Made by a program: the position numbers and the translations under genes
The notes under the pieces: generated by a model
Database searches by the model: none
What the model was told of the DNA's origin: nothing
The model's input: only the letters and a program-made list of their open reading frames with translations
Assembly (NCBI GenBank): GCA_046328715.1
Contig: JAXLWB010000053.1
Location: forward strand, 1 to 64,000
DNA from: Caldilineaceae bacterium
GTDB taxonomy: Bacteria; Chloroflexota; Anaerolineae; Caldilineales; Caldilineaceae
DNA length: 64,000 nucleotides
Reading direction: 5' to 3'
In this document: in pieces, positions 1-8,662 of the stretch
How the letters are laid out: each line of letters opens with the position of its first letter
Numbering within the stretch: position 1 is the first letter of the stretch

Positions 1-2199
1 AATGTCAATCAGATCAGATACCTGGTGATTAGCCACACAGGTGCCAATCCTGCCTTGCCGTTGGATCGCCTGGCCAAGGTACACATCGCCGCAGGCTATC
101 CTGGCATCGTCTATGATTTTGTGGTGGATGGGGTGGGACAAATCTTCCGCACCAAGGAGCTAGAAACCACCGCACAGCCCGATCAGGCGTGGTCTGAGCA
201 GGGCGTCAATATTGGCCTGGCGGGCAACTTCGGCAATGCACCGCCTCCTCTGGCACAGATCGACGCAACCGGACGTCTGTGTGCTTGGCTGTCTCAAAAT
301 CTGGGCTTGACACCCGAGGCAATTCGTGGTTTAGGCGAATTGACACGCAAGGATAGCCCCTGGGATAATCCGGGTGCCACGTTCTATCGCGGCCCAGCCT
401 GGAAGGAGATGATCCAACGTCAGGTCCAACTACACCTTGCTGCACTGGGCATGGGTGCCGTTGACACAGGGCGCTTGGATGAGCTGGTAGCGCAGCTTGA
501 TGTCTTAAAAGTAGACAACAACGCACTGCGCGAGCAGCTTCGCAATAATGAATCTGAACAAGAACGTGTCCAGCGCTTCAACGAGCGTCTGCAAGCAGAA
601 CTTGGGGCGCGCCAGCGCGAACTCGATGCCTTGCGCCAGGATGCTGGCAACCTAAAGCTGCGCATCGTAGACGATACATCGAGCCTGCCGCGCGATGCAC
701 GACGTTACCGACCACGCCGACCAGAGACAGTGCGCTACTTTGTCATTCATCACACCGGCGTGGACCCGGCTACGTCGCTGCTCGATTTGGCTACAGCTCA
801 ACGTCGTGAGTGGCCTGGCATCCTCTTTGATTATGTGATTGATGTCCACGGTGGCATTCACCAAACGCAACCCACGGACGAAGTCATTGCCACCGCCGAA
901 CCTTATCTGTCCCAGGCGATTGGTGTGGCGCTAGCTGGTAATTTTGAGTCTGCTATCCCCACCAATGAGCAAATCCATGCAGGTGGTCAATTGTTGGCCT
1001 GGTTGATGGAGCGCTTTCCTCAAGTCACGCCAGAACGAATTTTGGGCGTAAATGAGTTCACTGCCGCATCAACCTCGCCCGGAGCGCAGTGGCTAACTGG
1101 TAAGCGTTGGAAGGATCGTCTGCTCGCCTCGTTGCGCCGCGCTAGCGGTATGATCGACCCCAGCGAGGTGGAAAATGAGTTGCGGACCACCGTGCAAGTG
1201 CTAGAAGGCAAACTGGAGCAAAGCGAGCGCATGGCCCAGGCCTTGCAGGAGGTGCGCTCTCGGCTCGAAGTGGACAATCAGCAGCTTCAGGCCGATCTGC
1301 AACAACGGAGCAGCCAACCGACTGCGGTCTATGTGGTGCCGCAACCCGCCGTTCGCAACATTGTCGAGCAACTTCCCCATCACCCCACGTTGCGCTATGA
1401 CCGACGCTCGTTGAGCCAGATCACGCATATCGCCATTCATCATACCGCTACCCCGCCAACGGTGAGCCCCCTCCGCATTGCGGAACTTCATATCGCTCCC
1501 GATCCTGCCCGCGGCAAAGATCCCTGGCCGGGGATCGGCTATCATTACATGGTTCACGCCGATGGTTCGATAGAACAAACCAACCCTCTGGAAGCTGCCA
1601 GCTTTCATGTCTATCGTCATCATGGTTATTCAGTAGGTGTCTGCTTTTCAGGCAGCTTTATGAATGGTAAGATACCCACATCCGCTCAATTGCGGGCTGG
1701 GGCTCACCTAGTTGCCTGGTTGATGCAGGAGTTGAATGTGCCGTTGGCGCGCGTGTGGGGTCATCGTGACTTTCCAGAGAATACAACCGTCTGCCCTGGT
1801 TCGGAATGGACACAAGGCAACCGCTGGCGTGATCTGCTCTTCGAGCGAATTGAGCAAGTGCAGAGCGGGGCGGCGATTAAGTTAATTCGACATTATTTGT
1901 TGCTCTGGCAACGACCCTTCCCTGGACCAATGGCGCGCCAGGATTTGGTCAATGCTGTGGGCTACCTGGCCAGATTCCGTCCTGCGGTTGGCTTTAGCGC
2001 CGACGAGGCAAAGAACGCGGAGTATGTTACGATTTTAGGCAACGAAGCAGGAATCAGTGCGGTTACCGAACGGATGTTGCTGGACAGCGGCTGCAAGGTC
2101 GAACGAATTGCTGGCCGCGATGATGGCGAGACGGCACATCTCCTGGCTGAGATGGTGCGCACTGGTAGACGTTTCCGAGCCTATGATGTAGACTTTTAG
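1..2199 (+). CDS. Multi-domain N-acetylmuramoyl-L-alanine amidase (3x Amidase_2/PGRP-like repeats separated by coiled coils); 5' partial, reading frame open to window start
   Basis: Frame 1 has no stop from nt 1 (NVNQIRYLVISHTG...); the listed GTG at 25 is probably internal. Three repeats each begin with an (V/A)IHHTG-type motif followed by a GNF motif. Only the third repeat (res ~470-610) keeps the full zinc/catalytic set (IHHTA...HVYRHH...WGHRDF...CPG). Heptad-rich Q/E/R/L segments (res ~150-205, ~385-425) lie between the repeats. Confidence 0.75.
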   Translation, partial: NVNQIRYLVISHTGANPALPLDRLAKVHIAAGYPGIVYDFVVDGVGQIFRTKELETTAQPDQAWSEQGVNIGLAGNFGNAPPPLAQIDATGRLCAWLSQNLGLTPEAIRGLGELTRKDSPWDNPGATFYRGPAWKEMIQRQVQLHLAALGMGAVDTGRLDELVAQLDVLKVDNNALREQLRNNESEQERVQRFNERLQAELGARQRELDALRQDAGNLKLRIVDDTSSLPRDARRYRPRRPETVRYFVIHHTGVDPATSLLDLATAQRREWPGILFDYVIDVHGGIHQTQPTDEVIATAEPYLSQAIGVALAGNFESAIPTNEQIHAGGQLLAWLMERFPQVTPERILGVNEFTAASTSPGAQWLTGKRWKDRLLASLRRASGMIDPSEVENELRTTVQVLEGKLEQSERMAQALQEVRSRLEVDNQQLQADLQQRSSQPTAVYVVPQPAVRNIVEQLPHHPTLRYDRRSLSQITHIAIHHTATPPTVSPLRIAELHIAPDPARGKDPWPGIGYHYMVHADGSIEQTNPLEAASFHVYRHHGYSVGVCFSGSFMNGKIPTSAQLRAGAHLVAWLMQELNVPLARVWGHRDFPENTTVCPGSEWTQGNRWRDLLFERIEQVQSGAAIKLIRHYLLLWQRPFPGPMARQDLVNAVGYLARFRPAVGFSADEAKNAEYVTILGNEAGISAVTERMLLDSGCKVERIAGRDDGETAHLLAEMVRTGRRFRAYDVDF

Positions 2200-2210
2200 G
2201 TTATCTCATT

Positions 2211-3194
2211 ATGACACTCATCCTAGAACGATATCCGATTGACTACCGTTGTGAGATCGTGGGCGAAATCATGAAGCACATTCAGAACGGTGAATGTTTT
2301 GCCCTGATCGGGTTGGCTGGTGCCGGCAAGTCAAATCTCATCAATTTCGCCAAAGAGCGTGAGGTGATTCGTCACTACCTGCCAGCCGAACTCAGCGAAA
2401 GTACCCAACTGTTGCTGTTGAATGGGCGTTCTGAAGGAGCAAGTCGGGAGAAGCTCTACCAGGCAATGCAGAATCGTTTACAGGAACTTGGGGCGAGCAG
2501 CGAAGCCAAAGGCGATGCGTTGAATACACTGCGTTCTACATTGAAAGGTATTTGCGCACAACAGCGTATCGTCTTCGTGATCGATGAGTTTGAGTACCTT
2601 ATTCAACGGCAGCCGGTCGACTTTTTCGACGAACTGCGTGACCTGCGCGACGACCATCGCACCAGCCGCAATCTGCTCTTTCTGATTGTAACGCATCGAT
2701 TGCCCCACGCCATTGAAGAAGGGACTGCCTTTGAGAAGAGCAAACTTTTCGAACTCTTCAGAGATCATTATTACCCGCTACAACCCTATCGGCAACGGGA
2801 TGGCGATGCTATGTTAGACGTCTTGATTCAAAGAGCGAAGTTACCAGCTTTGCCTGCCGAGACGCGTCAAACACTCCTCTCTTACTCAGGGGGGCACAGT
2901 GGGCTACTCTATGCCCTTTTTTACGAGCAGACTCCGCAGTTCCAACTGAGCGAGCCAAAGGCGATGCTTGCACAGAGTCAAAAGTTGCGTGACGCAAACG
3001 ATACGATCTGGATTCATCTGCATCGCGAAGAGCAAGAGGCATTAAAAACCGTGGTTCAGGGTGGTACCATCGACGTCAACATGACGCAGTTTCTCGTCAA
3101 GCGGGGGCTGGTGCAGAAAAACGCACCCACCACACTCTTTTGTCCGCTTTTTGAGGCCTATATTCGCACAATAGAGATTACATCGACTCGATAA
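2211..3194 (+). CDS. P-loop NTPase, ORC/Cdc6-like AAA+ fold with C-terminal winged-helix-like region
   Basis: Walker A GLAGAGKSNL; Walker B hhhhDE (IVFVIDEFEY); sensor-like LFLIVTHR; C-terminal region (about 100 aa) with wH-like QFLVKRGLVQ. Starts 12 nt after the amidase stop. Confidence 0.6.
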   Translation: MTLILERYPIDYRCEIVGEIMKHIQNGECFALIGLAGAGKSNLINFAKEREVIRHYLPAELSESTQLLLLNGRSEGASREKLYQAMQNRLQELGASSEAKGDALNTLRSTLKGICAQQRIVFVIDEFEYLIQRQPVDFFDELRDLRDDHRTSRNLLFLIVTHRLPHAIEEGTAFEKSKLFELFRDHYYPLQPYRQRDGDAMLDVLIQRAKLPALPAETRQTLLSYSGGHSGLLYALFYEQTPQFQLSEPKAMLAQSQKLRDANDTIWIHLHREEQEALKTVVQGGTIDVNMTQFLVKRGLVQKNAPTTLFCPLFEAYIRTIEITSTR

Positions 3195-3208
3195 TAAGGA
3201 GTATCATT

Positions 3209-4114
3209 ATGGAGCTTTTTGTTGTAATTTTGGTACTGCTTGCGCTTTGGTGGATCTATAGTCGCATCCATCAAGTGCCGGAAGGGCATAAGGCAGTGAT
3301 AGAGCGCTTTGGTCGCTTTGGCCGTGTTGCGGGTCCCGGGCTTTATTTTCGTTGGCCCTGGGAGAAGGAAGTCTCGCAGATGCTGATCCGCCAACAAGAG
3401 ACCGAATTGAGCGTGCCCACGGTCTTTACCCATGCTGGCATGCCAGTCAGTGTCAATCTGGCCTATAGCATGGCGCTGGATCCGAAAAAGATGAACGTAG
3501 GCGAAATTTATTACTCGGAGGAAGAGCGCCAAAAGCAACAGGTCCATATCTTTAAAAGTATCTTTCAGCCCTGTATCGATGCTGCTCCACGGCCTCCTGC
3601 CAATGCCGACAAGAGCAATCCTGCGATTTTGTTTAGCCCCTTTGTCGGCAAGGTCGGTACTGACCTGCGTGAGCAGATTGAAGCTGAGGCACGCAGCGAA
3701 TTTGAAAAACATGGCTACATCTTGTCCAGTCGCCTTAACATTCAGCAGTTGACGCTTGTGCCCCAAATTGGCAAAGCCATTGTTGAGCACTTTAGCAACG
3801 AACTGACGCAGGTCGACAAAGCTGCCTTGATTCGCCGTCTGCGTGAGGCCGCCCCCGATCTCTCGGAATCAACGATTGGTTTGATCATGACCACGATGCA
3901 GAACCCGAATGGCGAATTGAAAGCAATTTTCTCCAGTGGCACTGTCCGCCCGAATCTCTTGGGCAGCGATGATATGGTCTTCGATCCCGAGCCAGCGCAA
4001 AACGCAAATCAAACCACTGTAGCCGCCACTCCAAGCGCCGCCGCAGCACAATCTGTCTCAGTTGGTCGGCTCAAGGCGAGCGATATGCAGCTACTCAAGG
4101 ATCTGCCCGACTAG
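3209..4114 (+). CDS. SPFH/band-7 (stomatin/HflK/C-like) membrane protein
   Basis: N-terminal TM (LFVVILVLLALWWIY) followed by the canonical SPFH opening VPEGHKAVIERFGRFGRVAGPGLYFRWPWEK; AAGGAG RBS 8 nt upstream; Ala-rich C-terminal tail. Confidence 0.7.
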   Translation: MELFVVILVLLALWWIYSRIHQVPEGHKAVIERFGRFGRVAGPGLYFRWPWEKEVSQMLIRQQETELSVPTVFTHAGMPVSVNLAYSMALDPKKMNVGEIYYSEEERQKQQVHIFKSIFQPCIDAAPRPPANADKSNPAILFSPFVGKVGTDLREQIEAEARSEFEKHGYILSSRLNIQQLTLVPQIGKAIVEHFSNELTQVDKAALIRRLREAAPDLSESTIGLIMTTMQNPNGELKAIFSSGTVRPNLLGSDDMVFDPEPAQNANQTTVAATPSAAAAQSVSVGRLKASDMQLLKDLPD

Positions 4115-4186
4115 AATGGTAAGGGGTAGGATGCAAAATATCCAACTATATTCTGCATTCTGCCCCTTGCTCCATGCTCTTCCATC

Positions 4187-4990
4187 ATGACCATCACCCT
4201 TCAGCCACGCACACTTGGTTCGGCCTATCCTGTGGAATTACCAGCGTTCCAAGGACCAGTTGATCTCCTTTTACAGTTGATCGAGAAACAGGAACTGGAG
4301 ATCACCCAGGTCAGCTTGGTGGCTGTGACTGATTCTTACTTGCGGACGATCGAACAACTCGAAGAGATCGAACCGGGCGCACTTGCCGACTTTTTGGTGA
4401 TCGCCTCCAAACTGATCTACCTCAAGTCACGCAGCCTGCTGCCACAGCCGCGCCCACCAGAAGAGGATGAGGATGAAGAAGAGGCAGGTGACGCCTTGGT
4501 GCGCCAACTGATCGAATATCGACAGTTTAAAGAGGTGGCCAATCTACTGAAGGCACGTGAGGATTTGGGGCTGCGTGCCTATGTGCGAACCGAGGCGTTG
4601 CCCAAACTCGAAAAGCGTCTCGACCTCTCCAATCTGAGCCTCACAAAGTTACAGGCGGCACTACGCAAAGTGTTGCAGCGAATCCCAACTGATCCTCCCC
4701 TACCCACGGTAAAAACGTACCCTATCACCCTCGCGCAGCAAATCGATACAGTACGCAAACTGGTGCGCGATGCCGTAGACCAGTTTAGCGCTGTGCGAAG
4801 AAGCTCCCAGACAGATCAGGATTCGACAAAGGTGCACATTGGCTTTATTGAATTGTTGTCACGCAGCCAAACCCGAATGGAAGTGATCGTCACCTTCTTA
4901 GCCGTGCTTGAACTGATCAAACAAGAAGAGTTGGTGGCTGAGCAAAACGATACCTTTGGTGAAATCGTTCTGGTTCCGCTTAAAATCTAA
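4187..4990 (+). CDS. scpA: Segregation and condensation protein A (kleisin)
   Basis: N-terminal FQGPVDLLLQLIEKQELEITQVSL matches the ScpA signature (FEGPLDLLLHLI...); length about 267 aa. Confidence 0.8.
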   Translation: MTITLQPRTLGSAYPVELPAFQGPVDLLLQLIEKQELEITQVSLVAVTDSYLRTIEQLEEIEPGALADFLVIASKLIYLKSRSLLPQPRPPEEDEDEEEAGDALVRQLIEYRQFKEVANLLKAREDLGLRAYVRTEALPKLEKRLDLSNLSLTKLQAALRKVLQRIPTDPPLPTVKTYPITLAQQIDTVRKLVRDAVDQFSAVRRSSQTDQDSTKVHIGFIELLSRSQTRMEVIVTFLAVLELIKQEELVAEQNDTFGEIVLVPLKI

Positions 4991-5636
4991 ATTCCTCGTC
5001 AAAAATACATCAAATTCATACGAATGACTGATGCGCATTCTACGAAATGCCGCTATGATGACTGCGATTGGTGCTCCATAGAGTCCAACTCGGTTGAAAA
5101 TACCTCGTGTCATCTTACTCAAGATGGTCTAAATCGAATGGAATAGCTAATGTAGCTATACTATTCTTCAACTTATGTGGACTCAACGTTTAGACCTCTT
5201 TCTCCTCAACGGGTAATCTCTATATAATCACACCCAATAGTAATGCAATATAAGATTGAAACAATATTGTGCAATAAACTCGTAAACAAAGTAGTAAATT
5301 ACCAATCCAAACCACTTTGCAGCATCGTTATCTGTTATAGGAATAGTGCAATCGCTCTGGATTCAGGTAGCTTGTGCGTCGAGCTTCGCTTTACTAACTA
5401 GTGCTGATTGTGCGTTTAGCTGCTTTTGCTTACAAGCTTGTTTCCAATTCGTTTAACTCCTTGTCTGTACAATCGTTGATGAACATCGACGATCCAAGCG
5501 AGAAGCTTTACAACAGATCTTACTAATCGATGTATTTTTTTGCCTCTGAACAGGCGATATCTACGGAGGATGCACATTGCATCTTCCAAAGTGTTGATAT
5601 AGCAATCGTTCATAGGTCAAAGAGGTAAAGGCTCAC
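4991..5636. other. Long (about 645 bp) AT-rich non-coding region between scpA and the Rieske gene
   Basis: No ORF >65 aa; GC is visibly far below the flanking genes (long runs such as taatgcaatataagattgaaacaatattgtgcaataaactcgtaaacaaagtagtaaattacc). Confidence 0.5.
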
Positions 5637-6131
5637 ATGGACGACAAACAATCTTCCAACCCAGAACCAGAAAGAATGGGACGTCGACGTTTCTTAGAAA
5701 GTAGTGTCTTGGCAACGACCGGTGTGGTTGGTGTCACCTTACTCGGAGTAGGTGGGCGTTTTGTGGCAGGGGATTCTCTGAAAGCGCAAAACGCACAATG
5801 GGTTCAGATTGGTGAAACAGCCAGTTTCCCACAAGGTCAAATCCACAGGGCGACCTATAGCACTCGGCGCAAAGATGCCTGGCGTACGAGCGAGGAGAAA
5901 GGGTTGGTCTATCTCTTTACTGAAGATGGAACAAACTACACTGCGTTCAGTGCAGTCTGCACCCACCTGGGCTGCAATGTTCATATGAATGAGGAAGGCG
6001 AAGGATTCCGCTGTCCATGCCATGATGCCTATTTTAGTCGCAACGGCGATGTTGTCAGCGGTCCACCGCGTCGAGGATTGGTCCGTTTGGAAGCTAAGAT
6101 CGAAGCAGGCATGTTGTCAGTCTTGATTTAG
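5637..6131 (+). CDS. Rieske [2Fe-2S] subunit of a cytochrome bc/b6f-type complex, Tat-exported
   Basis: Twin-arginine motif RRRFLES plus TM; Rieske boxes CTHLGC...CPCHDAYF. Confidence 0.88.
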   Translation: MDDKQSSNPEPERMGRRRFLESSVLATTGVVGVTLLGVGGRFVAGDSLKAQNAQWVQIGETASFPQGQIHRATYSTRRKDAWRTSEEKGLVYLFTEDGTNYTAFSAVCTHLGCNVHMNEEGEGFRCPCHDAYFSRNGDVVSGPPRRGLVRLEAKIEAGMLSVLI

Positions 6132-6139
6132 GAGCCAGG

Positions 6140-7261
6140 ATGAGTATCTTCGAAAAAACAATCCAACAAGGAGAACAACTAGGAAGCCGTGATAGCACCT
6201 CCGAAACCCACCAAAGTGGTACAGTGGCGGGGTGGATTGATTCGCGCACGGGGTTGGTGAGTGCCAGCCGTTCCTGGTTACAATGGCAGGTGCCTAAGTA
6301 TGTAGAACGAAATCTACTCTATTCCCTGGGCGGGTTAACGTTGATTGCCTTGATCTTCCAAATATTCACAGGCCTTTGTCTAACGTTCTACTATGATCCA
6401 GGCACGGAAGGGGCTTACAACAGCGTAGATTACATCACCTATCAGGTTCCGTTGGGCTGGTTGGTGCGGAGCATCCATCATTACAACGCCAGCGCAATTG
6501 TAATTTTGGTCTTTCTGCACCTTTTGCGTACTTTTTCCTTTTCGGCCTACAAGAAACCGCGCGAAGTAACGTGGCTCTCGGGTGTGGCGCTCTTCATCAT
6601 CACCCTTGGCTTTGGCTTTACCGGCTATCTCTTGCCCTGGGATCAGAAAGGCTACTGGGCAACAACGGTTGGCACCCAGATTGCCGGTCAGGTGCCGCTC
6701 TTTGGTGAGGCGATCTCCAAACTCTTGCGCGGCGGGACCGATTTGGGGCAATTGACGCTCACTCGCTTCTACGTAACGCATGTAGCACTTCTGCCTGTCT
6801 CGCTTCTTCTGCTGATTCTTCTACATCTGCAACAACAGCGTTACCACGGTATCGCGCCAAATATCAGCAAGCGCAGTGAGAACCAGACCGAGACCGTTCC
6901 CTTTTTTCCCAACTGGGTCAATACAACGCTGCTGCTCGGGCTGGGCCTACTTGCCGTGCTGATCTTCCTCAGTTGGAGGGAACGCGCACCACTTTCCTTC
7001 CCGGCTAATCCTGCCGACACGGATTACAATCCAAAGCCGGAGTGGTATTTTCTCTTCTTGTTCGAGCTTTTGCACTATGCACCTGGAAATCTAGAGCCAC
7101 TGTTGATTGTTTTGATTCCGCTGATCGTGATTGGCAGTATGGTACTTTTGCCCTTTTTAGATCGAGGGGAAGAACGGCGCTTCTGGCGCAAACCGTTTAC
7201 AACATCGATTGCTCTGTTTTATGTTGTCGTGATTGTTGTGTTCACCTATTTAGGATGGTAG
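6140..7261 (+). CDS. Cytochrome b (fused b6 + subunit IV-like) of bc-type complex
   Basis: Multi-TM; b-heme His pairs (HLLRTF/ SIHHYNAS / RFYVTHVALLP); PEWYFLF motif typical of cyt b/subunit IV; starts 9 nt after the Rieske gene. Confidence 0.88.
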   Translation: MSIFEKTIQQGEQLGSRDSTSETHQSGTVAGWIDSRTGLVSASRSWLQWQVPKYVERNLLYSLGGLTLIALIFQIFTGLCLTFYYDPGTEGAYNSVDYITYQVPLGWLVRSIHHYNASAIVILVFLHLLRTFSFSAYKKPREVTWLSGVALFIITLGFGFTGYLLPWDQKGYWATTVGTQIAGQVPLFGEAISKLLRGGTDLGQLTLTRFYVTHVALLPVSLLLLILLHLQQQRYHGIAPNISKRSENQTETVPFFPNWVNTTLLLGLGLLAVLIFLSWRERAPLSFPANPADTDYNPKPEWYFLFLFELLHYAPGNLEPLLIVLIPLIVIGSMVLLPFLDRGEERRFWRKPFTTSIALFYVVVIVVFTYLGW

Positions 7262-7442
7262 CGCCGGGATAACGGTTCCCACAAGAATGAAGTAGATTCA
7301 ACCTACAGTACCCCGCGCCGGGCAACAACTTGCACCGGTTTAGTTTGGTTTTGCCTTTTTCAAAGCAGTTGTGCCGTACATCAGTACGATTCAAGGGCCG
7401 AATCGTACTATTCAAACATCGTAATTCAAAAGGAGAGTCTGT

Positions 7443-8459
7443 ATGAAACAAATTGTTTCTCGTCTCGCAGGTTTCACAGGCAGTCTACTTTTACTTGTAG
7501 CCTGTGCAACGCCACAAGCGGCGGCACCTGCAAGCGGCGGATCGAGCGCTGCGGCACCCGCAGCCTCGTCAAATACGCTGACAGCTGTAAAGGTGGATGC
7601 TGTGTCTACCGATGCTGGTGCTGCCTACTGGGGCACTGCGCCAGTGCTCACCGTCCACACCAAGGCTTCGGAAAAGGGGAAACCAGATGGTGCGGATGTA
7701 AACCTGCAGGCCGCCTATGATGGACAGAACCTTGCCATGCGCCTGGAGTGGGCCGATCCAACACACAGTGTTATCAATAAGCCTTGGACATACGACGGCA
7801 GCAAATTCGCCCGCACCAAAGAGTTGGGCGACCGCTTTGGTTTGATGTTCCCAATTGAGAACAACCCCACCTTTGCCAGCAAGGGCTGTGCTGGTGCCTG
7901 CCACAACTCGGATGCCGATGTTGAAAAGTGGTGGATGGGAAGTGACAGCGCCGATCTGCGCTATGATCTGTGGCAATGGACCGCAGCCAGCACTAATCCT
8001 GTCGGTCAATTCAATGACGAGTGGATCAATGTGCAGACCGATCCAGCTAATGCCGAAAGTGCTACCCACACCGACAAGCTTGATAGTGGTGGTTCTCTGA
8101 GCAATGTCAACGAAGCCAAGGACGGCCCAGCCTATATGAGCGGCAAGGACATCGCTGCCTCGATCATCATCTCCGGAGAGCAGGTCCCGATCGATGCTTC
8201 AAAGTTGAGTGCTGGTGCCATTATTCCGGCCTCGATTCTCGCTCCTTGGGTCGGCTCGCGCGGCGATATTCAAGTGAATGGTACCTGGAAAGATGGTAAG
8301 TGGGTGCTTGTCTTGACGCGTGCCTTGGATACCGGCCATGACGATGATGTGGTCTTGACCCCGCCCAAGCCCTATCCATTTGGCGTCGCCGTCTTTGACC
8401 AGGCTGAACATTTCGGCCACACCACCGCACCCGATGTTCTGACCCTCGAATGGAAGTAA
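7443..8459 (+). CDS. Lipoprotein with a single CX3CH (CAGACH) motif; possible haem-binding partner of the bc complex
   Basis: Lipobox LLLVAC; Ala/Ser-rich linker; one CAGACHNS motif; same strand and 180 nt downstream of cyt b. Confidence 0.45.
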   Translation: MKQIVSRLAGFTGSLLLLVACATPQAAAPASGGSSAAAPAASSNTLTAVKVDAVSTDAGAAYWGTAPVLTVHTKASEKGKPDGADVNLQAAYDGQNLAMRLEWADPTHSVINKPWTYDGSKFARTKELGDRFGLMFPIENNPTFASKGCAGACHNSDADVEKWWMGSDSADLRYDLWQWTAASTNPVGQFNDEWINVQTDPANAESATHTDKLDSGGSLSNVNEAKDGPAYMSGKDIAASIIISGEQVPIDASKLSAGAIIPASILAPWVGSRGDIQVNGTWKDGKWVLVLTRALDTGHDDDVVLTPPKPYPFGVAVFDQAEHFGHTTAPDVLTLEWK

Positions 8460-8484
8460 ATCAACGTTAACATTCTCCTCTCGT

Positions 8485-8528
8485 GAAGCAAGAAGAGCGA
8501 CGGCCCGCCGTCGCTCTTCTTGCTTTTT
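8485..8528. terminator. Bidirectional intrinsic terminator hairpin between convergent genes
   Basis: gcaagaagagcgacggcccgccgtcgctcttcttgc, a perfect ~15-bp GC-rich stem, followed by ttttt. Confidence 0.75.
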
Positions 8529-8662
8529 CGATCCGCTTCTCATTGTAGGTGCGTGCTTCCAGCCGCACAAACTTGGCAGAACCCACATCTATGCGGCGCA
8601 CCAATATTGGTTACGTCCACAACCCGCAGCTAAAAGCAGCGGCTACTGATGTGAGAATGTGG

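Noticed and set aside
1201-1623. 140-aa minus-strand ORF within the amidase gene
   Set aside because: The sense frame encodes conserved Amidase_2 motifs; the antisense ORF has no support.
4991-5636. Possible mobile element or prophage remnant in the AT-rich island
   Set aside because: I see no transposase/integrase ORF, terminal inverted repeats, direct-repeat target duplication or tRNA, so I kept it as an unexplained non-coding island only.
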